NCBI GenBank assembly: GCA_905178155.1
Contig: CAJINV010000007.1
Location: 590,020-654,019 of the forward strand
Length of the DNA: 64,000 bases
From: Amoebophrya sp. A120
Taxonomy: Eukaryota > Protista > Dinoflagellata
Direction of reading: 5' to 3'
Shown in pieces: positions 12,401 to 24,200 of the stretch. The position numbers and the translations under genes are program-made. The notes beneath the pieces were generated by a model, which was not told the DNA's origin, did no database searches, and saw only the letters and a list, made by a program, of their open reading frames with translations. How positions within the stretch are numbered: position 1 is the stretch's first letter; each line of letters begins with the position of its first letter.

Positions 12401-14160
12401 TCTTGTCGGAAATCCACCGGGGACGAGCGCGTGCGGGAATGGCACAGCCACGACTGTGCAGAACTTCTTTCAGCAAAACTCCAGCTACGTCAGCAAGAAA
12501 TACTATCCGCAGTCTTTACTACCCGAACATTTGCAGCATCAACGACGGGCGAAACAGGAGGCGCGACTGACGCAGGAGGATTTCGCCATGCTGGCCGACA
12601 TCGATTCGGATTCCGATTTATCCACTGCAAATATGTTGTCTTGGACTGGAAGTAGAAATAGAATACAGACGTTTGTCATGCAGGTTCATCTGCATCGCGC
12701 AGAAGCAGAACCTACCAGAAGGTACTACGGTATGCATAGCATCACAGGTTCTACCGCGAGAGCGGTGCGATGCCTGTTCTGCATATAGGGATCCGCCCTC
12801 AGTTGTGTGGCCAAATAATGCGGGAAGCTTAGGCTGCACTCCTCGCATGACAGATTTTAGCGTGACTGGCAGAAAGCATCACAAGTTTTCATCTTTGCTT
12901 TCCAGAGCCAGACAGACTTGCAACCGATACGATTGCAGCTCCGATGCGGACACCTCGGATGAGGAGAGTACTTCTACTACTTCGATGTAGTTTTAAGATT
13001 GTATGTCGGATCGTACAAACGACAACTCGCATGACATTCACAAGCAGAGTTGCATAGTTGTGCATGACAAACTTGAATAATACCAAGATGCCGCCCTGGC
13101 GCTCTGTGAGCTGCGGCACCGGGCCACGGTCAACTGCGACTCGTTTTTGAAGCTGTTTCAGAACCACTGCTATGAATAGCAAACATGTCTCGGTCTGGAA
13201 AGAACTGTTGATGCTCGATTGGGGATTTGATTGCAGCAGGTTGTCTGAGTGCAGCGAAGCATGGTAAGTTTTTGAGACCTCATCCTGACCCTGAGTGCGC
13301 ATGACAAACTGCGTTTTTGCATGACAAAAAGAAGCTGCTGTGCCGTTGCTGGTGATTGTCATGTAGTGCAGATTGTAGAGAAATAGAAAAGCATGAGCAG
13401 CAATACAAGTTGCGTTTTCATCCCAGACCGTTAAACGTGTTTGCAATGCATAACCCCGACCTGAATGTTTTGAGCTACAAGAAGGAGGGGTTGATCCAGC
13501 ATGCGACGAAGTGGAAAGTGGAGGAAAAAGTGACGGTTTATATGCAAGAAAAAAACTGTGTAGGTGAAAGTCTGTGATGCAGAAAATGCAAAACAGTTAC
13601 ACTTGTCATACTGGACATGCATCAGAGGCTTTTTCCGTACGTGTTTTCACGTACTAGCCGGGCATGACAGGCTCTCTCTGTCATGCAGAGCAAACTTGTG
13701 ATGCTCTTCCTCCAAGAACGTTACACTAACACAATTTTTTCCTCTGATAGTTTACATCCCAGAACTACCGGCGGAAGGATATGGCGCTCTCAAACGTTAC
13801 ATCCTCAGCTGTCACATGAATTTGTTATGCAAAACTACCATCAAGATCCACACGAGCAAGCCGCTTCGCATGACAAATTTGCGAAGGGCTAAACAGCGCC
13901 GAAATCTGTGCGGAATTTGTAATGCTAGAGGTGCAACCTTCCCCTTGGACTTTTGCTATTCTTGCATTGCAAATTCGTGTAACAGATGAGAATGTAACGT
14001 TTGAGAATGCCATAAAGGAACCCGCTCCTACATCTGCTTGCCGATACTCTGTATACAACTTGTTTGTTCATCTCTGAAGATCATCTACTTTTCGCTGACC
14101 ACGTTAAGGAGGAGTATTGCTGGGTGTCTTGCGGGCGCGCATGAGAAAGAAGACCTTTGA
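9494..14160 (+). CDS. Gene 2: multi-exon protein with two putative OST-HTH/LOTUS-like domains and long low-complexity linkers
   Basis: 8 introners plus GT-AG introns 10757-10888 and probably 12968-13087 give a continuous frame; the junction near 10565 is uncertain. Segments WTDLAEVELLFCYQYGCSFD...SLLQLLKLFPKWFQI and VNCDSFLKLFQNH.DLNVLSYKKEGLIQ resemble the LOTUS pattern. Confidence 0.55.
9835..10040. mobile_element. Introner, C/E-related
   Basis: TA ends, imperfect TIR, DR aacgg; restores KNNGLEV. Confidence 0.85.
10277..10565. mobile_element. Introner family J with eroded right end
   Basis: Left tatcctgtgtaaaaatgtcccc as at 45920; right ggggtgggggcatttttcctctcaag lacks the terminal TA and a clear DR. 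Confidence 0.65.
10757..10888 (+). other. Canonical GT-AG intron
   Basis: gcg|gtattc...ctaat...ttttcag|gtc joins ORF 10475 to ORF 10976 in frame. Confidence 0.75.
11247..11404. mobile_element. Introner family K with ~45-bp TIR
   Basis: tatcacgcagaaaaaagcaggcaggtcacatttgtaatgcaaaaa with its inverse at the right end; DR gccgc. Confidence 0.9.
11454..11715. mobile_element. Introner family A, reverse orientation
   Basis: Family A TIR; flanks atgaggaggag / acgaggaggag. Confidence 0.9.
12619..12929. mobile_element. Degenerate introner family A
   Basis: Eroded TIR; DR cgatt; restores DSDCSS. Confidence 0.8.
13171..13452. mobile_element. Degenerate introner family A
   Basis: tatgaatagcaaacatgtctcggtctgg ... 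tttgcaatgcata; DR actgc/acccc; element plus 5 nt keeps the frame. Confidence 0.7.
13541..13749. mobile_element. Introner family E
   Basis: Similar to 6820; DR gttta. Confidence 0.9.
13780..14014. mobile_element. Introner family G-related
   Basis: TIR tatggcgctctcaaacgttacat / atgtaacgtttgagaatgccata; DR aagga. Confidence 0.88.
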
Positions 14161-14199
14161 TTAGATGATATGCACGACAAATAAGACGAAACACTTTGA

Positions 14200-14375
14200 G
14201 TGAGGTAACAAATTCCTCCGTTAAGTTACCGGGTAACTTAGCGTCCGGCCGGCCGCCGGACGCTAAGTTACCCGGTTCCCGGGATCCGGGATCCGGAGAA
14301 CGGAGCGGTCCGATCCGCTGGAACGGGCTGGCGGTTGGGAACCGGGTAACTTAACGGAGGAATTTGTTACCTCAC
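14200..14375. mobile_element. Intergenic MITE-like palindromic element, not of introner type
   Basis: 31-bp exact TIR gtgaggtaacaaattcctccgttaagttacc; internal perfect 22-bp hairpin 14228-14276. Confidence 0.8.
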
Positions 14376-16969
14376 AATTTAATATCAGATGAAACCGTCG
14401 CCCGAGGAAAGTTGGAAAAGGTGATCATGCAGAAGACGCGATGCGGCATACAGTCAGTCAATATCGAAAAAAATTGTGTCTAGTGCAGCAAATGGTAATG
14501 AAAAATCGCTCTACTTGCAGAAATAGCGCCATGTAGCGTGAAAAGTTGGAGCCGAGTGCATGTACTCGCACCGCAGGTCAAGTTTCCCAGCGCTAGACAG
14601 AGGAATCGTTCTTCTTTTTTCCTGTGTATTCGTATTGGAAAAAGGAGGACACTTTATCTGTCGACGTACACTGACACATTTTTCGCTGCCATACTGGAGC
14701 ACGACGAGAACGGGATCTATGTGGAGATTGAACTGTGCAAGAATCAGCACGAGGCCTGGGTTTCCTTGCAGCTACACATCACCTTTGCCCCACCGGAAAG
14801 CAGCGCAGCGTACATGTGAGTAAGCACAGACCCGGCTTTGTTTTCCAACGGCACGTGAAAAACAAAAGGAAAAAGCTACAAGTTTTGGGACTAATTTTTC
14901 AAAAACGTCAACGTGAGAACATCGGACACACGTGCCAGGATTTGGAAGTGATAGTAACCAATGAGATCGCTTTGAAGCGATATATTGTATTCTTGAATCG
15001 TCTAACTCCAGCTAGCATCCTGAGCAGGTCGTGTGAGTAGCGGTACTAACTCTGAATGTCACTAGTATACTTGCCTCTGTCGTGAACGGCTGCGAAATGA
15101 AACTGTAATGAAAGACCAACAGGTAGAGGTCCGCTCTATGTTTGCCTCCGAAGATGAAATGCAAGAAGAAACAAGAAATAGAATACACAAGGACTACTGG
15201 ACGGCCGCGTAATATTGTGTCGATAATTCTTGCTACCAAGGACAAAATCTTCTAGCGAAACTGCGGAGTCCTACACCGACTCTGCTGTTGATGTATGCGT
15301 AGCAACCTTCCCGCTTGCGACTTATCAATTTCAACTCCAGCAGAGCCGGTAACAATTAAATCAACAAGGCCACGTCGATTTTATTGAGAATTCGAGGGTT
15401 TCCCACTTTTCTCATCACAATTTTGAGAATACATCAACCCGTAGCCGCAGCAACCAAGAATGTCTGTATCGTTCGCGGAGAAAAAGTTGGTGTGCTGGCC
15501 GTACTACTTCTATTTGATTTTGCCGCTAGGTAGCATTAGTAGCCGATATAGCTATAGGTTATTTTCTCTGACCGATAAGTGTGATGAGTCCTCTTGTCTT
15601 TCTGGAAGAAACAAAAAAGCAAGAGCGAGAGCAACGGAAAGAGTGGTGCACAATCTCTCTGCACGCCTTTTAGTTTTGACCTGACCGAATACCGAACTTC
15701 GTCTGTGTTCCGTCTAGGTGCTTGAAGCCATGCAATAGTCGTTGTCGGATTCGTAATTTTCGCCGTCGGTGGTTTAGTCGTGCAATGCCTATCGTCGTTC
15801 GTGGATTTATTACGAAGAAAAATGCATCTTCGTGTTGTCGTCCTTTTCGTTTTCCATTTCGTGCAAGATGGTTGTTCAGTCTTCGGTGTACTTCGTCAAA
15901 CCTTCGGCAGCGGTCTAGCTGGTTGGAAGCGAGAGTGAAACACTTGGTGCGTCTACATCAAGTACTCGTTTTTCTTTTTCTCAGTTCTTTCAGGCAGACG
16001 TTCAACCCGAATTGACTGAAAACTGAAGGCAAAGACGAGGTTCTTTTTGTCCTAACACATTCCCCCCCGAGGAATATATAAGAAATCACCGCACAAATAA
16101 TTTTCCCAAAAGCAACCATCATTCCCAAAAGTGCCTCCAATCAAATCGAAAACGAGCCGGAAACTTGCAATTTGGGTGCACCCACCAGCACCTGAGCTTG
16201 CATTTGACAACATTGCACACTTGCAACTCCTCGACCATTATACGTGGTAACCCAACATCTTGCTTGATCGCGGTTCTTGATAAGAAAAATGGTGGAAGAA
16301 AACCAAAACCGACGCTCTTCGCAGATGCAGGGCCGTGTCGCGCGGGTGGGTTGCTGGGCCAGGGTCTTGGGCCGTGGAGGAGGTTTTTCCTGCCTGATGC
16401 TGCCGCAGCTATTCGGGGGCAATCTCTGCATGCGCGACATGTCTTTTTTCGTGTCAGCTGAGCGCCGCGGGTTCATGGACAAAACGCCCAAGCCGCCGCT
16501 ATCCAATAAAAATCTTGATGTTGGGGCAGAAGTGATGGAGTTTCATCTCTTGTGAAGACGAGTACAGAGACAGAGTAGCTCTGCATACACAAGAATAAAA
16601 AGGCCAAACACGCTGCTTTAAGCTGCAGCGTGGGCTGCTTAGTACTAAATTTATGCAATGTAGTTCCGCATCGTTTTGCTTCGGTTCTTCTCCTTTCGGT
16701 ACACTAAACTACAACCGAATCCGACGGTGTCACTGATTTCCATCTCACGCACACTGCAAATGGTAAAACTGTTGCTGTTCTTCTGCAGACTCCAACTGAA
16801 CTGTTTTTACACCTTTCACGAGGACAGCTAACTTCATTCGCTCCACCACGACAAAGTAGATTTTTCCTTTCCATACCCTCCAGGCAAGGAGTATGACCGC
16901 GGCGGTGGGATTGCACTACAGCGGGCTATCATTGAGTGGGACAACTACATCTTCGACACGGGAGTAAGC

Positions 16970-19900
16970 ATGCTGCAGAATGTGTACTACTCCGCCAAAG
17001 ACGTTGCCGTTGGGGCTTTGATGCCTGGATCTTCTGCAAATCAAGACGACGAAGCGGCGGGTGCTGCAACTTCAAAGTTGGCGCGCAAGCACCCGGAGAA
17101 GCGGAAGAAGTGGGCTGCGGTGACCCGGGTTGGGAACACCGATGGTGATGACAGCAAGAGCAACCCGGCGGACATGATCCCGCAAGACGCCGAGTTTTTG
17201 AATGAAGAGGGGACGACGAATGAAGCGGGTCGTGATTCGAAACCGCGGAACTCTGACGACTCTACGTCAAGCCTTCAGAGGCATCTTCACTCAGCGTCCA
17301 GCTCCGCGCTGGAGAAGAAAAGCAAGGAGTTCTTGGCGGAGGAACAACAAGGTGCGAACGATGCTCGCGTCCGTGACAACGCTGATTCTGCTGGGCAAAA
17401 TAATGCTGGGAAAAATGACGAACCTGAGTCCAAAGACCATGATTACGATTCTTCGTGGGCTGGCAAAGTGTCGAGTTTCTTCCAAGCGGCCAGCGACGCG
17501 GTAATTGGAAGCTTTTTCCAGGTGGGAACCGCGAAAACTACTGCGGAAAGTAGCGGCGACAAAAATCTTCACCAGAGCAAGGAGCGAGATCAGCAGCTGC
17601 TCCCGCAGCAGTCCTTTCTCGAAGAAACACTGCCACCCACGAACAACATTGGCGTAATATCGACGCCGGCTCCGCAGTTTTCTCCGATTGGTTCGCCTTT
17701 GTTGGTGCCCGCAGGAGAAGGCACAACACCGTGGGAACCTGCCTCTCCGGAGACTGCTTCGGGGGGGTTTCTCGAGCAGGTTTCGAGCGTGTTGCAGGCG
17801 GGGACTGATGCGGTTGGAAGTTTGTTTCAGAGAACCAGTGCGGTAGTGGGGCTTTCACCGGGTGATCATCAGCATGCACAGGTGGAGCAGGAGGCCGAGC
17901 TCTCTGTGAAGACGACCAGCACGACAGAAACGTCGCCTCATCCGCCGGCGCCGCGTGCGGAGGGTTGTCCGTCAGACGATCAAACTGTGGCATCAAGTGT
18001 ATCGCACAGAAAAAAGCTAGCACTTCTCAACAGTGGTAAAAACGCATGATGCGTAATATCGAAATGCAGTTGCAATTGCACGCGAAAGACAATAAATACA
18101 ATAGTTCAAAAAGATTGTGTTTGTGACGCGCACGGCCGTCGCATGACACTCTGCAAGACTGGTTTTTGTTCAGCACGGCTTGTCTCTTTTCTACTGAAGT
18201 TGAGATGCTAGTAGTTATATTCTGTACGATAAAACCAAAACGAAGCCGTGTTGACGACAGCCACAACGGAAACGTCGCCGCACCCGCCGGCACCACCTGC
18301 GGGAAGTTTCACAGAGCTGCGAAAGGACCGCGCGAAACCAAGTTTGGATCCCAGTAAGAACGAGAATGCCAACGCGGACCAGGAGCTACGGACGTACAAA
18401 CGCCACATGGGTGCTGCTATCGAGAAGGTGAAGGGGATGGATCGAGCGCGGCGCAAACTGCAACGAAAATTGGAGTACCCAGAACTACGTGAGTTTGTCC
18501 AGTTGCGGGAAAGCAGGGCGAATAAAGAACAAGAAGCAGAGCGTGCAAATAAAGCAGGCTCTGAGACGAGCGGAGAGCGAGGACCAAGTGATCATGCAGA
18601 ACCAGCAGCAGCGGGAAACGCAAATCTGACTCGTCTTCAGGTGGAGATGTGCAAACTCGGGCCCAGCGTTGCCGGGCTGGTTCCCATCGAGCATTTTTTT
18701 GTCACGTTTTACAAAGAAAATTCACCGGTTGATGTTGGTGCCCAAGCCGCCAAGGGCCATACCCGTATCGTGGTTGCGGAGTATGAGGGAAGCGGTTTGG
18801 ATATCGCCACCCTGGACCAGCTTGACCACGAGCAGGCGGATTCGAGTATTTCCATCTACCAGGGCAAAAGGCGGAAGTACAGCAGCATCAACAATCCGGG
18901 GTTCTTTGGCATTGAAACGTGGACGGACGACTTGGACGCCTATAAGGAAAAACCTGAAGAGAAGAAGAAAAAGGCAAAGTCCCTTATTTGTTTGGGCATG
19001 GTCCCTGACAGCACCCCCCAAGCCGCATTGATACAACGACAAGGTCTGGGTGATGAAATTCCTTATGATGTGGGCACCTCGGGTCCGAAACAAAACGAGT
19101 TCAGGTTATACTCATTCGATGATCCTGTTGAGATTAAGGACCTGGTTGGGCTTGTGGGTCAGACGATGGGGTATGGGTGGAATGAAGATTACTCACTCAA
19201 GGGATCGCAACTGTCAACACTTTGTAAATGCGATTGTGAATCTTTTTTCTCCGCGACGGTACAACATATCTGTGCAGACACGAGCCCTGTCAAACACGGT
19301 ACTAAATATCGTAGTGCCAGATCATGTGGTACCTGCGGAAAGGGTAGACACTGACGGATTGAGAAACCAGCTGAAAAAGAATTTGCTCCATCTGCTGGAG
19401 ACTCTCCGTGATACAGTTACAGTTCAGGAAAAACATTCGCAAGGTGGGAGTACCAGTGGAATGCCTGCAAAAAGCAAAGTTCCACTGCACAAGCTTTGGA
19501 AGGACGAAGAAATGCGCAAGTTTGATCAGCTGCTTGAAGAAAATAAGCTCTCATATGAAAAAGGGGAGAAGATGGAACACGAACGAGAAGCGATCTCCGT
19601 AGTGGCTGATCCGCAGTTGATGACTCTGTTCGGTAAAATAGTCACAGAATCAGAAAAGTCACTCCTTGCGCAGGAACACACAGAAGCATCAGACCACGCT
19701 CCAGTCGACGAGGACAAGAAGAAGCTGGGTGTTTATGCTCACGCGATGGACACAATCTGTCGGGCTTCAAGTGACATGGTGCGGGATCGTTTGAAATTCG
19801 CACCAGATCCGAGCGCAATAAAAGTGCAGCGCCGCTATGCGTGCGAACTTTCCCGGGCTATGCGGACGGCAATTGAATCGGACACGGCCGAAAGCAGATT

Positions 19901-20222
19901 GGAAAGATTTGCCGCTGATGACAAAGCAAGGGAGAAAACTGCGACACTTGACAGAACATGGACTCCGTGGCTCCTCGATCCTTTCCCTTCGTCTCCTCGA
20001 TCCTATGACAGCTGGACCCCTTCCCCTTCGTCGGACGGGAGCGCATCAAAAAAATGCAGCCGCAGATGGATGTCAGAAGTAGATTACTATTATTTTTTTG
20101 ATTTTTTGTCCTATTTAATAGGAGAAAAAGGAGACGGGCGTGAGCGCTATTTCCTGTGGGAGCGCTGCGAAGTGCGGAAGTGGTACATCGTCAGCGGATA
20201 TGGATACAAGTGGCTGGCCTAA
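16970..20222 (+). CDS. Gene 3: protein with a permuted papain-like NlpC/P60 domain (PPPDE/LRAT-like) and a 1-nt frameshift at ~19202; 5' end uncertain
   Basis: ORFs 16970 and 18248 are joined by removing introner 18000-18231 plus 5 nt. His motif IEHFFVTF at 18692. Deleting one G in aaggg gives YSLKDRNCQHFV and continues into ORF 19050..20222. Confidence 0.6.
18000..18231. mobile_element. Introner, K-like, with diverged DR
   Basis: tatcgcacagaaaaaagctagcacttctcaac / gttgagatgctag...tctgtacgata; DR aagtg/aaacc; frame restored. Confidence 0.75.
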
Positions 20223-20809
20223 GTGAAAATGACGGATGTATTTTGATCAATACAATTCTATTGTTCGGGCACTTGTTCAGCTACTGACTCAGTTTTCACT
20301 TACCGCGTGATTTCACTAGTAGTGCTGGGAGGAGCCGAATCATCCTGCGTGATTCTAGTATTGTTTGTTCTGGTATTCGTTTCCGTGCTTCACATTGATT
20401 GTGCTGATGTGGTGTTGATTGTTTTTTGTCGAGAGGACTACATTTTATTTGAAGCTGTTATTTAAGGAAGACAGGCGATCTTCATCTTCTACGGAAAGGT
20501 CGCCGTCTTGTCCTAAATTAGATTTGGAAATGTAACGTCGGATTCGCGCACACGCACCTTCTGTTGCTTTGATTGTTCGTGTGCCTTCGTTTTGCAAGAG
20601 CAAGTAGCAGATAAATTCATTGGTGTTGAAGAACATGCAAGATATTCTTCAGCTTTTGCGAAGATGGCTTTTTCTGTAGTTCTGTTTCTTCCATCAAGGC
20701 GAACGTTCAAATTGCAGTTTCAGTGAATCTTCGGTCTGGTCAATGCGCGTCTAGTACATCGCGAGGCGATGGTGGTCGTTCTCGTCCATTATCGTACATC
20801 TTGATCTTG

Positions 20810-20863
20810 GTTCATGTCTTCGTTCATGTCTTCGTTCATGTCGTCGTTTATGTCTTCGTTCAT
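20810..20863. repeat. 12-bp minisatellite gttcatgtcttc, ~4.5 copies
   Basis: Seen directly. Confidence 0.8.
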
Positions 20864-21226
20864 CGTCGCAAATGCAGGAACAGTCGATACATCTTTAATT
20901 CAAAACTTGTACTGGATTTCTTCCTGGACACAAGTATCTATTCTTGGATCCAATTTGTTTTAATATGATCTGATGTCGGACGAGTCGCTCACGCTCGACC
21001 TCCGACCGTGTGTTGCTTTGCACCCCTAGTGTCTTACCGACAAAAGAGCCAACAGGCATGTAGCCGCTAAGACCCCGTCAATTAGTACCCGTTGTGGGAA
21101 ATCTAATTAGATCTTCTACCGCTACTAGAAGGGTGACTGTGTTTATTGAACTTGAGTCTCGTGTAGTTGTGGAGCGCGAATGCCCCTAGCCGCAATTTAC
21201 GTCAGAAAACGTCTCCGAGGTGCAAA

Positions 21227-24200
21227 ATGGCAGCAAAGTTATCTCCGGGGATAATTGCAATTCTGTCTTCGCTGGAGCTGGGGTCCTACCACACCAACAA
21301 CAATTCGTATAGCCCAGCCCCAGCACGCCCCTGTACGACAACGATTCTTGTGCAGGCCCTAAAAGCGGTCCGCCGGCAAACCAGGAGGACGCACAGCAAG
21401 AACCTCTCGCAAACTGGACGGAGCAGGCAACATGACACTACTTCTCAGGCGGTACAAAATAAATCCAAGACCATTCTGGACACACGACCAGCACATTTTT
21501 CCCTGCTGGCTCGTAGCTCGCGCGAGGACAGCACTAGGAGTACACGAGGTGTTGAAGGGAACCACGACGAGCAACCGCTGTTACGGCGAGCGCGTAACCC
21601 GCCAGCACATGAAGATGCAACCGAAACCGTCTTGGGCAGAAACGAAATAGCAAACGACCTCAAGCCCACCTCCTTCTGTGCGGGCGGATCGTGCGAGGGC
21701 GGGATAATTGCGCCAGAAAAGCCCAAACAGCTCCATACCTACGACGAGGCGCGGGGTTTGCTGTTAGACGGAGCAACAGGAAGGATCATCGGAAAGAAGA
21801 GAGAGGGGAGCAATCAGATCGTCGATGTGGTGAACAAGAACTCCATGGTCGTCATAGGCACGATTGACCCAGCATCCGGGAATATAATCAGCGCTGCTAC
21901 TGGCGAGGTAATCGGGTCTAGAACCGGAACAATAGAAACACTAGACAGCGCAGCGGTTTCTGTAGCTTCACGGAACGCTGGTGATGGGTTTCCGACCACA
22001 GGAAACGGAGCTGTACAGCCTCAGACACGTGCAGCCGGTGATAACAAGCGAAACGACCAAAATCTGCAACAGAGCGCAGAGAAGACGACGAAACTTTCCC
22101 AACCACTTACTACCACGACCACCAAACTGCCGTTAGTTTTGCCAGAAAGCGAGATGGGGTACGGCGCTACAGCGTATTCTTGGCTTCTAGGCCCGAACCC
22201 GACGGGACGCTCTGTTGTGCACCCAAGTGTGGATAGGAGATATCCAATCATGCGGGAAGACACGCTCTCCCTGCACGCTTGCCCCCTGGACGTGTGCGTC
22301 TTTTTCCGAGTAGTAGGGACTTCAATTACGCCTAGTACCCCAGAGGCGAGCTTGAACAAGATGTCTACTGCTCAGGAAATAAAGAATTTAGCTGCAGCAG
22401 GACCATTCGGCTGGCTCGGGGCGGATCGCGAGCGGCAGCAAATGGAAGTGCTAGATGCGGCCAGCGATTTGGGCGATAAGACTGTGCAGGCAAAGGGATG
22501 TTGGTATTTGTCGAAGCGAGTAGAGGTGGGGAAGAGTAATAAAGATTCTCAACCTGCTGGAAAACAAGACGATCCTGATGTTGCTATTGATCCAGCAAGA
22601 GCTGCTGCTGCGATCGATCCAGCAAGACAGAATCGTGATCCAGCAACACAACGTGTTCTACAAGCCGACGAGTACTTTATCAAGCACTGGGACAGTGGGG
22701 CGTTTTTGGATTTTGCCGGTATAGAAGAAACACCACCAGCAACTGTAAATAGCGGCGGCGGAGAACAAGAAGTTTCATTAGCTGCTGCGGCTGTACAACG
22801 AGTTCCTGACTTCACCTTCCCAGACAGTCTCTCCGCGGGCTCCTTCACCTTTGTTCGACCGGACGGGAGGAGCGATTCAGGCAATACAGCCGGTACAGCA
22901 CCAGCTATTACAAGTACAACATTGAAAGTCCGGCCAATCAACTTGCGTAAGGATGGGGCCGCTGGCAGCAATTACAGTATCCGCGACCGATTCGGAAATG
23001 CCGCTTGCTACCCGAGAGTGGAAACTTGGTCGATGACGAGTTCTTTATTGAGCACGACAAATAACTATGACATAACGGACGACCAGGTCCAGGAGCAACA
23101 GGAAGCAATAGCAAACGGGAATAATAGAAACGAAAACCCAAGCGCAAACCCCGCCGCAGCTTTAGCCCAGCAAATAGTCAACATGTACGCGCAGTTCAAG
23201 GGCGTTAGCTGCTTAGCCGGCGTCCCGTTTTACCTGATGTCCCACCGGTCGCACGCGTTGATAGTCGACAAAGATGCCATGGGAGGGGAGGTCAATGAAG
23301 TCGCCCTTGACCCGAAGAAGCATCGGAAACCGGCGAAGGGGAAGTTTGTTTTCCTAAACGCCGGGCCGGACCTGGCTGGAGGGGACGACTCCGTTCAAAA
23401 AATGAAGAATCAAAATGCGAATCGGTACAGCCTGAAAGCCGTTGTCGCCGACGCGTACCTTCAGATCAAGAAAAACGACCTGAAACAAGTTCACTGGTCC
23501 GGCAGTGAAGAGGAAAATGAGAAAATTTACGGCTCTCCCGGTCTCTTCCATCCCCCCGACACTTTTTACCCGGACGGCCTCACCTGGGAGATTGTTGGCC
23601 GCGGCGCGCGGGGAATGGCTAGTAAGGTCTGTATCAAAGCGACGTTTGCGAATGATTTTCACGGCGAAGGCGGGGGGAAAAAGGCCGTGTATCTACAAGA
23701 TTTCGTGCACGGGGGGGACAACGAAGGGCCGCGGAATAATTGGCACACATCGGACGCTTTCGTCAACTACTGTGGCAGTTGGGAGGAATGGAGCTTAGTG
23801 CCGGTTGAAGACGATGATGGCAACATCAAGGACGGCACAGAGGGTACCAGTACAGGGAACAACAGGAAGATCTGTCAGGAACTGGAGTTAACCACGACGA
23901 CTACAACAACCACGACCACGACGGTTTTCTCTGGGACTGCCGTGCCGCAGGAAACTGGGAGTGTAGCAGTTGTAGTTGCAGCTGGTCGTGCCAATAGTAG
24001 CAATTCTAGCATTATGTCATGGTCCACATCTGACCGCGTCGACCTCGAAACAACTGGTAGGAACCCTGGAAGAACATCTAATTCATCATCTTCAGCTCAG
24101 TCTATCGCCTCCAGCTCTGATAGAGTAATTGGCGACCTGCAACGAGGCAGGAGTGATCGTACCGTGGGGGTGGAATCGTCTTCGCAACAAGGAGAAGTTT

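Noticed and set aside
15438-15450. Dinoflagellate spliced-leader relic (ccgtagcc)
   Set aside because: Only 8 nt match; the attttggctcaag part is absent
14511-16555. Short ORFs as independent genes
   Set aside because: No recognisable motifs; 14690-14817 and 16289-16552 could be exons but cannot be linked from sequence alone
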